A stretch of 16,124 nt of DNA from Armatimonadota bacterium. GTDB lineage: Bacteria > Armatimonadota > SYMT01. The DNA is taken from positions 1 to 16,124 of the forward strand of contig JBKBRF010000081.1 of NCBI GenBank assembly GCA_046292385.1. Direction: 5' to 3'. Shown here one piece after another: positions 1-8,400 of the stretch (the first letter of the stretch is position 1; each line of letters starts with the position of its first letter). The position numbers and the translations under genes are program-made. Under the pieces are notes generated by a model that had not been told where the DNA came from, did not search any database, and worked only from the letters and a program-made list of their open reading frames with translations.

Positions 1-102
1 CGTGGGCCTGCAGGTAGCGCATCCCCGGCCTCCTTCGCGCAAGCGAGCGATGCGGCAAAACCTTCCTGCGCCACCAGCGGCGTAACTTTACAGCGTGTGA
101 CA
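1..102. mobile_element. End of a putative insertion sequence, truncated by the window edge; terminal inverted repeat at 84-102
   Basis: 84-102 AACTTTACAGCGTGTGACA is the exact reverse complement of 16022-16040. It ends in CA and is followed directly by CAAG and half of a REP-like hairpin. The + frame 2..85 is open (VGLQVAHPRPPSRKRAMRQNLPAPPAA*) and stops at the inner TIR edge, as transposase ORFs often do. No transposase motif is visible. Confidence 0.7.
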
Positions 103-121
103 CAAGCTACCGCACTCCAAA
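103..121 (+). repeat. 3' half of a REP-like palindrome (CAAG-CTACCGC-ACTCCAAA), interrupted by the IS end
   Basis: 103-119 matches 9088-9104 (CAAGCTGCCGCACTCCA) with one substitution. The ACTCCAAA tail matches the reverse complement of 9020-9027. Confidence 0.8.
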
Positions 122-187
122 TTCGGGACCGTTCTGTGAGCTCCGCCTCTCGTTCTGCCCCTACGACGCCAGTTGGCTCTCGGCCCT

Positions 188-1369
188 CTACGAACTGTCC
201 CAATACCCGCGCAGGGTGCCGCAGTGGCGGCAGCGGAAGGCGTAGTAGGATGCGGTCCACTCCGGCTCGACCTCATCCGGTGTCCAGAGTAAGGCCAGAT
301 CCGGGTCTGTCATCGCCAGAAAGAGACCGCGTCCGTCTCCGTCCGCCGCCTGCTCCCGGAAGTCCGCCGCGATCCACTCGCCGAGGTAGACCATGAAATC
401 GTCGCAGTGGCACAGCCAGACGCTGCCCTGCCAACTGGACCAGGTTGGCGTGCGGCGAAGCTCGACTATCGCTTCGGGCGGGATGCCGGACTTCGGAGTA
501 GACGTCGAAGGGAGTGCATCGAGGATGAAGCCAAACGCGTCGACCGGATAGACCGGGGCACTCTCTCCATCCCGCAATTCATCGTGCAGCCCATCTTCGT
601 CCACGAGTCCCGCCTCGGTGTCGTGCCAGAACTCGAAACGCCCCTCCCGCAGGCAGGCATAACAGCCCACGGAGTTCTCTCGACGATCCTCGGGAATCTC
701 CGAGCAGCTCGCCGAATCCAGGACAAAGCAGTCGCCGACCCGGCCACACAGATCGCAGCGCCGCGGCCCGTCCTCTATCCAGTCGTCCATCTCTTCCGGA
801 CTGGCCTGGAAGTAGACAAACGCCATCGGTTCCCCGCCTGCTGTTCGTTGGCCCGGTGAGGCTTGCGGATCTGGTGCCAACCGCGGAGGGGGCGAGGCCG
901 CGCTGGCGTGCTCTGCAGACGGGAGCCCGACCCGGTCGGACGGAGGCGGCAGAGCAAGGGGCTGATATGCAAGCAGCTCGTCGACGATCTGCTCCGGCAA
1001 CTCCGCATATCGCTGTCGCAAGATCGCCACTGCGTCGGGATTGTGGGATCGGGCAGCGATCTCGGCAAGCGCCGTGGCGATCTTCTTTGGCCGGTCTTGC
1101 CAGGTCATGAACTGGCGGACCAAATCCACTAACTCGGCGTGGAGTGCGCCCCCTTGCTCTTGAGACGTCGACGGCGGCAGAAGCTCGCTCAAGACTTGCT
1201 CCGGAAACCTCCCGTAGTGCCGATCGATGACCTCACCCACCGCGTGGTGCGCCACGGCAAACCTGATCTCAAACAACAGGCTATCGGCCCTGCGCTGGCT
1301 CTTGGGGTGCGCGATGAATTCGCGCACCAGGTCAATTAGTCTTTGCCGTGTGAGCTCCGTGTCTGCCAT
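188..1369 (-). CDS. CbrC/UPF0167-family protein with two N-terminal immunity-protein-like repeats (393 aa from ATG 1369; alternative internal ATG at 826)
   Basis: The C-terminal 212 aa show CbrC-like motifs: CDLCG, CYAC, ELRRTPTWSSWQGSVWLCHCDDFMVYLGEW and YAFRCRHCG...YWD. The N-terminus has an ungapped 69-aa duplication ending PEQIVDELLAYQPLAL. The ORF extension to 1654 crosses terminator hairpins and was discounted. Confidence 0.75.
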   Translation of the reverse strand: MADTELTRQRLIDLVREFIAHPKSQRRADSLLFEIRFAVAHHAVGEVIDRHYGRFPEQVLSELLPPSTSQEQGGALHAELVDLVRQFMTWQDRPKKIATALAEIAARSHNPDAVAILRQRYAELPEQIVDELLAYQPLALPPPSDRVGLPSAEHASAASPPPRLAPDPQASPGQRTAGGEPMAFVYFQASPEEMDDWIEDGPRRCDLCGRVGDCFVLDSASCSEIPEDRRENSVGCYACLREGRFEFWHDTEAGLVDEDGLHDELRDGESAPVYPVDAFGFILDALPSTSTPKSGIPPEAIVELRRTPTWSSWQGSVWLCHCDDFMVYLGEWIAADFREQAADGDGRGLFLAMTDPDLALLWTPDEVEPEWTASYYAFRCRHCGTLRGYWDSS

Positions 1370-1613
1370 GGGCGTGCCGGGGTAGAGCTGCCTCTTGGAG
1401 AGGGCGGGGTGCGGCCAGGGGGTAGAACGCTCTGGCGTGGTGCCGCTTCGAGGGTGAGAACTTCCTCCAGCGCTCCAGAAGGCTGTCGCGAAGATAGCGT
1501 CCCTTTCAGGCGGAGCGCCGATCGTTCCTGCATCGATGAAGCAAGCGCAGGTCCGCCACCCCAGAGCGGCGGGATGGCGGCTGCTACGCGCCGTCTCTGG
1601 GGCAGTCCTGCCC

Positions 1614-1660
1614 AAAGAGAAAGGGCTGTGCGCGAATGGCGAACCATCGCACACAGCCCT
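1614..1660 (-). terminator. Intrinsic terminator downstream of the tricorn-like gene
   Basis: The minus strand reads AGGGCTGTGTGCGATGG-TTCG-CCATTCGCGCACAGCCC followed by TTTCTCTTT, about 40 nt after the stop at 1697. Confidence 0.7.
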
Positions 1661-1688
1661 ACACCCTACACCCTAGCCGCTACACCCT
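1657..1688 (-). repeat. Degenerate heptamer tandem repeat, (TGTAGGG) about 4.5 units
   Basis: The + strand reads CCCTACA CCCTACA CCCTAGC CGCTACA CCCT. Confidence 0.7.
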
Positions 1689-1696
1689 CGCGAGGT

Positions 1697-4600
1697 CTAC
1701 TTCGCGCCGAGCTGCTGCAGGAGCGCCTTGACCGCCGCTTCGAGCTGCGGGTCGCGGCCTTCCTTGCTGGCGATCGGGTCGTAGGGGACCATCAGGTCCG
1801 GCTGGCGGCCCTTCTCTTCCAGGTTCTCGCCGCTGGCGCTGTAGACGCCGGAGTTCGGGACGCGGATGGTCCCGCCGTCCAGGAACCGCCAGCTGCCGGT
1901 GGCGATGACCGCGCCCGCGGTGGGGGTGCCGACCACCGGCCCGATCCCGAGCGCCTTGAAGCCCTCCGCCATCATCTCGGAGTTGGAGGCGGAGTCCTGG
2001 TTAACCAGCAGGGCGGACGGCTTGCCCCAGAGGTACTCGCCGAACCAGTCCGCATAGTAGTCCTTCGCCAGGGAGCGGGAGCGGAACCGGACGTACGGCT
2101 TCTTGCGCAGGATGTCGAGCATCCGGTGCTGCGTGTTGCCGCCGCCGTTGTAGCGGACGTCGACCAGCAGCGCGTCCCGGCCGGTGCCCTCGCCGATGAA
2201 CTCTTCCTTGAAGCGCATCTCGGAGGGGACGTTCATCTGCTCGATGTGGAGGTAGCCCACGCGGCCTCCGCTCAGCTTGTGCGCCAGCTCCCGGCGGCTC
2301 GCCACCCACTCCTCGTAGCGGAGCTCGTCCCCGGCCGACTGGCTGATCGGCTTGATCGCCACCTGGCGGGCGCCGTCCATGCTCGGGGAGGCGTTCACCG
2401 TCAGCACCACGCGGCGACCGACCTTCCGGTCGAGCAGCTCGTCCATGGTCGTCCCCTGCCCCAGCGGCGTGCCGTCGATCGCGAGGATGTACTCCCCGGG
2501 ATTGATCTTGCTCCACTTCGAGTCGGCGGGGCTGTCCTTCACCACGTGCGCCACCTTCACCAGGCCCTGCGCGTCGAGCACGGCCCAGTCCGGCTCGATG
2601 CCCAGGAACGCGGTGGAAGACGGCACCGGCGCGGAGTAGTCGGAGGGGCCGGTCGTGCCGAGGTGGCTGCCGCGCAGCTCCTGCACCATCTCCGCCATCA
2701 TGTCGTAGAAGTCGTCCTTGTACGGCACGTGGGGCAGCAGCGCTTCATACTTGGCGCGGATCGCCTGCCAGTCGACGCCGTGGTGCTTCGGATCGTAGAA
2801 GTAGCGGTCCATCAGCCACCAGGCCTCGTTGAAGACCTGCCGGTTCTCATCGGTCAGGCTCACCGGCAGCGTGGCGGTGAAGCTGGTGGTGCGCCGGTCC
2901 CGCTGGGCCACGCCGATCGACTGGATCTGGTCCCCGCTGAAGAAGAAGAGGCGGCTGCCGTCTCGCGGCAGCTCCGGGGCGATGGCGTTCTCCGCCAGCA
3001 GGCTGCCCCGGGCATCCTTCGCGTCCGCCGGCACGGTGAAGAGGCTGGAGCCGACCTGCACGAAGAAGGTCCGGCTGTTCGGCGCCATGTTCGCATCCGA
3101 GACGTTCGCGCCGAGCGTCACGCGGCGGAGGCGGCGCTCCACGGTGTCGAAGTCGATCTTCACCTCCGGGGAGCTGGGGCGGTCGGGCCGCTGCCGGGGC
3201 ATGTCGAGCTGATCGAGCGCGTCCTCTTCGAACTCCGGCGCCTCGCCCTCGTCGAGGTCGATGGCGTAGAGGTTCGACGAGTCGACCGCCATACCGCTGA
3301 AGTAGATCATGGTGCCGTCCGGCGACCAGTGCGGCGAGCCGACGCTGCGAAACGGCCGGCTCACGCGGCGCGGCTGCGGATCGGTGAGGGAAGCGACGTA
3401 GATCGCCTGCTCCATCCGGTCACCGGTCTGCTCGAAGACCAGCCACTTGTTGTCCGGCGACCACTCGAAGTGCGCGCCGTAGCCGCGGCTCACGTCGAGG
3501 AAGTCGCCCTGGATCGTCGCCACCGGCTGCCCGCCGCCCGCGGGGATCACGACGATCGCCTTATCGCCGCGGTGGAACGCCACGTACTTGCCGTCCGGCG
3601 ATGACTTCGGGCTCGTCTCGTCCTCCCCGCTCTCCGCCAGCGACTTTTCGTTCTCGCCGGAGATCTCGATGCTGCGGAGGTCCTTCTGCCCCTTCTGGTC
3701 GGTCACGAAGAGGATCGTCTTGCTGTCCGGCATCCAGGCGATGTGGCTCTCCCGGCTCTCCGGCCGCGAGACCAGCACGCGGGCCAGGCCGCCGGTAGCC
3801 GGTACGACGACGAGGTCGCCGCGGACGATCAGCGCGACCTTCTTGCCGTCCGGAGAGACGGTGAACTCCGTCGGGTCGGAGGTCACGGTCCGCTCGCCGT
3901 TCAGGTTGCGGACGTCATCCGTCACCGCCTCGATCGGGACCGCGCGGGTCTTTCCGCTCTTCAGGTCGAGCAGCCAGATCTCGGAGTTGAACTCGTAGGC
4001 GATCCTGTCCGCCTTGGGGGCGTAGCTCGGCACGCGGACGCCGTCGGTTTCGTGGAAGGTGAGCTGCTTCTGGGCGCCGCCGCGGGTGTCCATACTCCAG
4101 AGGTTCACCTGCCCGTTCCGGTCCGAGACGTAGTAGATCGTCTTGTTGTCCTTGCCGAACAGGGGGAGCAGGTCGTGGCCCGCGTGGGTGGTGACCCGCT
4201 TCGGCTCGGAGACCGGGGCGGTAAAGCGCGCGATCCAGACGTCGGCGTTCCCCGCGCCCTCGTAGGCCCGCCGCCGCCAGGAGCCGGGCGCGCCGTTGTG
4301 GTTGTAGACGATCCACTGCCCATCCGGGGAGACGCTGCCGAAGTACTCCCGCTCCAGCCGGTCCCAGGTGAGGCGCACCGGCTCTCCGCCCGCCAGCGGC
4401 ATCCGGTAGAGGTCGAGCGAGCCGTAGGCGCCGCCGTAGAAGATCACCCACTTGCCGTCCGGGGTGATTGTGCTCGGGTACTCCGCCTCGCTGTGATGCG
4501 TCAGGCGCCGGGGCGTCCCGCCCTCCGCCGGCATCACGAAGAGGTCGTAGCTGCCGAACCGGTTGGAAGCGAAGACGATGCTCTTGCCGTCCGGCGTGTA

Positions 4601-4807
4601 GACCGGCTGGATGTCGCGCGCGGGATGCGCGGTGATCCGCTCCGCGCGCCCGCCCTCCGCCGGGACGGTCCAGAGATCGCTGCGATAGGTGAAGGCGATC
4701 TGCTTGCCGTCCGGGGAGAGGCTGGGATAGCGGGTGCGTTTGACCGGCTCCGCATAGGCGGCCGATCCCGCGAGCAGCAGGAGGGGCAGGGCGTAGCGAA
4801 TCTTCAT
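1697..4807 (-). CDS. Secreted tricorn-like S41 peptidase (PD40/TolB-like propellers, PDZ, S41 catalytic domain), 1036 aa
   Basis: Signal peptide MKIRYALPLLLLAGSAAYA; many SPDGK-type PD40 repeats; ELRGSHLG; PDZ-like VKDSPA...GEYILAIDG; VGYLHI, DVRYNGGG, SASNSEM (catalytic Ser region), GPVVGTPTAG and a DPQLEAAV C-terminus. Confidence 0.95.
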   Translation of the reverse strand: MKIRYALPLLLLAGSAAYAEPVKRTRYPSLSPDGKQIAFTYRSDLWTVPAEGGRAERITAHPARDIQPVYTPDGKSIVFASNRFGSYDLFVMPAEGGTPRRLTHHSEAEYPSTITPDGKWVIFYGGAYGSLDLYRMPLAGGEPVRLTWDRLEREYFGSVSPDGQWIVYNHNGAPGSWRRRAYEGAGNADVWIARFTAPVSEPKRVTTHAGHDLLPLFGKDNKTIYYVSDRNGQVNLWSMDTRGGAQKQLTFHETDGVRVPSYAPKADRIAYEFNSEIWLLDLKSGKTRAVPIEAVTDDVRNLNGERTVTSDPTEFTVSPDGKKVALIVRGDLVVVPATGGLARVLVSRPESRESHIAWMPDSKTILFVTDQKGQKDLRSIEISGENEKSLAESGEDETSPKSSPDGKYVAFHRGDKAIVVIPAGGGQPVATIQGDFLDVSRGYGAHFEWSPDNKWLVFEQTGDRMEQAIYVASLTDPQPRRVSRPFRSVGSPHWSPDGTMIYFSGMAVDSSNLYAIDLDEGEAPEFEEDALDQLDMPRQRPDRPSSPEVKIDFDTVERRLRRVTLGANVSDANMAPNSRTFFVQVGSSLFTVPADAKDARGSLLAENAIAPELPRDGSRLFFFSGDQIQSIGVAQRDRRTTSFTATLPVSLTDENRQVFNEAWWLMDRYFYDPKHHGVDWQAIRAKYEALLPHVPYKDDFYDMMAEMVQELRGSHLGTTGPSDYSAPVPSSTAFLGIEPDWAVLDAQGLVKVAHVVKDSPADSKWSKINPGEYILAIDGTPLGQGTTMDELLDRKVGRRVVLTVNASPSMDGARQVAIKPISQSAGDELRYEEWVASRRELAHKLSGGRVGYLHIEQMNVPSEMRFKEEFIGEGTGRDALLVDVRYNGGGNTQHRMLDILRKKPYVRFRSRSLAKDYYADWFGEYLWGKPSALLVNQDSASNSEMMAEGFKALGIGPVVGTPTAGAVIATGSWRFLDGGTIRVPNSGVYSASGENLEEKGRQPDLMVPYDPIASKEGRDPQLEAAVKALLQQLGAK

Positions 4808-5100
4808 GCTGGGCTCAACCTCTTGGGGGCGGATGGAGAATCGGAAAGCGGAACGCCGCCGGGCCGGGGACAGGCCGGCAGATCACTCAGTTACTTACGA
4901 AGCTCGCCGCCCCGTACGACAACGCGCAGAGGAGGGTGCGGCGGAATTCCCTAAAACTCAATACGAGATCGCGGCAACGGCCCGCGAGGTTTCGAGGCGA
5001 TCCGGCGGAGCGCCGGACGGTTGTTCGGGCCGCCTGCATCCGGTGAAGAGGTTCGGCGGCAGGACCGCTCCTCTCCTGCGGCGAGGGAGTATCGCGTCGG

Positions 5101-5187
5101 GGTTAGCAGGTTACAGGTTGGCAAGTTGCAGGTTCCGGACCTCGTATCCCGGAGGCGCCCAGCAGCAACCTGCTAACCTGCCAACCT
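5101..5187. repeat. Inverted arrays of 7-8-mer tandem repeats (GGTTAGCA-like) in the divergent intergenic region
   Basis: GGTTAGCA GGTTACA GGTTGGCA AGTTGCA GGTT (5101-5134) faces GCAACC TGCTAACC TGCCAACCT (5165-5187). Confidence 0.75.
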
Positions 5188-5387
5188 CCCCCGTCCACTC
5201 TCCGGCCATCTCGCCGCCGGCCGGGCGGCGTAACAGGCTGCCGGCGGGCGCTCGGGAACGGACGACGGGTAGGCGGCACGTAGTGTGAGTGGCAGCCGTG
5301 CGGCTCTCCATAGAATCGCCTCAAACTCCGGGGGCGCTGCAGCGGCCTAGTAGTCGAGAAGGCGCTTCCGCTGCGTGCTCGGTCGCG

Positions 5388-5396
5388 TGGTATGCT
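5388..5396 (+). promoter_or_regulatory. Possible extended -10 element (TGGTATGCT) for the PSCyt gene
   Basis: TGn-TATGCT lies about 75 nt upstream of ATG 5472. There is no convincing -35. Confidence 0.3.
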
Positions 5397-5471
5397 GGAG
5401 TTAGTCTCGAACGGGCCCGGGCGCGCATTGCGCGGCCGGGCGTGCGCGTCGCTTGGGGTTAGGGAATACGC

Positions 5472-8400
5472 ATGCGTGCCGGAGTCTGGACCCTCTTCTC
5501 TATCAGCCTGGTGCTGCCCGCCGCGGCGGCGCTGAACGCCCCTGCCGCCAGGCCGAAAAAGCCCGCGCCCGCCCGGGTCAAGCCGGCGGCGAAGCCTGCC
5601 GCGGCGAAGCCTACTACGGCGAAGCCTGCCGCGCCGGCGCCGGAGGCCGGAACGGCCGATCCGAAGGCGCTTGAGTTCTTCGAGAAGAAGGTCCGCCCCC
5701 TCCTCAGCACCCAGTGCGCCGGGTGCCACACCGGCGCCAAGGCGAAGGGGAAGCTGGAATTCAACACCCGCGCCGCGCTCCTGAAGGGCGGCAACCTGGG
5801 CCCCGCGGTGGTGCCGGGCGATCCGGACAAGAGCCTGCTGATCCAGGTGATCCGCTTCACCGGCGACCTGAAAATGCCGCCGCAGGGCAAGCTGAAGCCC
5901 CACGAGATCGCGGACCTGGAGGAATGGGTCCGCATCGGCGCGCCGTGGCCCGGGCAGACGCCGGCAGCCGGCAGCGCGAAGGAGCGGGAGTCGCACTGGT
6001 CGTTCCAGCCGATGAAAGACCCGGCGGTGCCGAAGGTGAAGAACGCCGCGTGGGTCCACTCCCCGATCGACGCCTTCATCCTGGCGAAGCTGGAGGCGAA
6101 GGGCCTCGCTCCCGCCCCGAAGGCCGACAAGCGGACGCTGATCCGGCGCGTGACCTTCGACCTGACCGGCCTGCCCCCCACCCCCGCGGAGATCGACGCG
6201 TTCCTGGCCGACACTTCCCCGCAGGCGCTGGCGAAGGTGGTCGACCGGCTGCTCGCCTCTCCCGCCTACGGCGAGCGCTGGGGGCGCCACTGGCTCGACG
6301 TCGCCCGCTACGCCGACAGCAACGGCCTGGATGAGAACACCGCCTTCGGGAACGCGTGGCGCTACCGCGACTACGTGGTCCGCAGCTTCAACGCGGACAA
6401 GCCGTACAACCAGTTCGTGAAGGAGCAGCTCGCCGGCGACCTCCTCCCGGCGTCAAACGATCAGCAGACGGTGGACCAGCTCACCGCTACCGGGTTCCTG
6501 GTGCTCGGCCCCAAGGTGCTGGCGGAGCCGGACAAGGGCAAGATGGTGATGGACATCGTGGACGAGCAGATCGACACGGTGGGCAAGGCGTTCATGGGCC
6601 TCACCCTCGGCTGCGCGCGCTGCCACGATCACAAGTTCGACCCGCTCCCGACCAAGGACTACTACGCCCTCGCGGGGATCTTCAAGAGCACCCGCACGAT
6701 GGAGACGCTCAACACCGTCGCCCGCGCGCTGGAGCGGCCGATCCCCGACGCCGAAGCGGAGGCGCAGCGGAAAGAGCACCAGCAGAAGGTGGCCGCCCGC
6801 CGCGAAGAGCTGCGGAAGGCGACCCTGCAGGCGGACGCGGAAGTCTCGCGCCGGGTGGTCGACGCCCTCCCCCGCTATCTGCTCGCCGGCCTGCAGGCGA
6901 AGCTGGAGACCGGCGGCGCGGTGACCGACGCGGAGCTGGCCCGGCCCGGCGCGGTGGTGCTGGAAGCGGAAAAGTTCACACGCGGCGACGTGCAGGTGAG
7001 CACCAGCGGCTACGGCGAGGGCATCGGCATCATCGAGAGCGCCGGCCGCTCTGAAGCGTTCACCGAGTACGAGGTGCAGATCGCCCAGGCCGGGCGGTAC
7101 TCCCTGGCGGTCCGCTACGCCTCCGGCGAGGCCCGGCCGGTGCAGCTCAGCATCGACGGGAAGGCGGTCGCAGACCGCGCCCTGAACGGCGCCACCGGCG
7201 GCTTCAACCCGCCGAACCAGCGCTGGGAGCGGATCGCTGCGGTGGAGCTCGCCGCGGGCAAGCACCTCCTGCGGATGGACCAGCGCTCCGCCTCACTCCC
7301 CCACCTGGATAAGCTCGCGCTCCTGCCGGAGGTCGCGGACGCCGCGCCGGTCCCCGGCGCCCGCCCGCGGACCCTCTCCCCGGCCGAGCTGGCGAAGAGC
7401 CACTCGCTCGACGCGGCGCTGCTGCGGCGCTCCGCCGCCTACCTGGATGCCGCGCGCCAGCAGCCCGGCGCCTCCATCTGGGAGCCGTGGAACCAGCTCG
7501 CCGCGCTGCCGGAGGACCGCTTCGCCGCGGAAGCGGAGCGGCTGGTGAACGAGTGGAAGGCGTCCGGCAAGCTGATGACCTGGAGCCCGGCGCTCGCCGG
7601 CGCCTTCTCCAGCGCGCCGAAGAGCCTGGCGGAGACCGCCGAGCGCTACCGCGAGCTGTTCCGCCAGGCCAACGACGCCTGGATCCGGCTGCTGGCGGAG
7701 AAGCCGGACGCGAAGAAGCTGGAGCATCCGGGCCTGGAGCCGTTCCGCGCCGCGCTCTACGAGGAGCAGGGCGCCTTCGGCCTGGCGAAGGCGGAGCGGC
7801 TCTACGCCGGCGCGAGCGCGGAGACGGTCAAGAAGCTGAAGGCGGAGGTGGAGGAGCTGCAGAAGCAGGCGCCGCCGATGCCGGTGGTGCTGGCGGTGGA
7901 AGAGGCGAAGGAGATCGCCAACTGCCAGGTCCACCTCCGCGGCAACCACCTGACGCTGGGAGATGAGGTCCCCCGCCGCTTCCCGGTGATCCTGGCGGGC
8001 GAGAAGCAGGAGCCGGTCCCCGCCGGCCGCAGCGGCCGGCTGGAGCTGGCGGAGTGGCTGACGGAGCCGGACCACCCGCTCACCGCGCGCGTGATGGTGA
8101 ACCGCATCTGGCAGCACCACTTCGGCGAGGGGATCGTCCGCACGCCGGACAACTTCGGGCTGCTCGGCGAGAAGCCGACCCATCCGGAGCTGCTCGACTG
8201 GCTCGCGAAGCGGTTCGTGGAGAAGGGCTGGTCGGTCAAGGCGATGCACCGGCTGATGATCCTCTCCAACGCCTACCAGATGAGTACCGCGCACCATGCC
8301 AAGGCGGCGCTGGCCGACCCGGAGAACCGGCTCTTCTGGCGATTCAACCGGCGGCGGCTGGAGGTGGAGGCGATCCGCGACAGCATGCTCGCGCTCTCCG

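Noticed and set aside
1370..1654. N-terminal extension of the 488-aa ORF
   Set aside because: Runs through the terminator and hairpins and has low-information composition; ATG 1369 begins the repeat domain.
1343..3604. 753-aa + strand ORF (also 3743..4954)
   Set aside because: Antisense shadow of the tricorn gene caused by high GC3; no recognisable motifs.
4806..5311. Small ORFs or a known ncRNA in the divergent intergenic region
   Set aside because: The ORFs cross tandem repeats and lack motifs. No tRNA or riboswitch signature was recognised, but an Rfam scan was not run.
5544..5645. GCGAAGCC(T/G) DNA repeats
   Set aside because: Explained by the coding AKPAA low-complexity linker.
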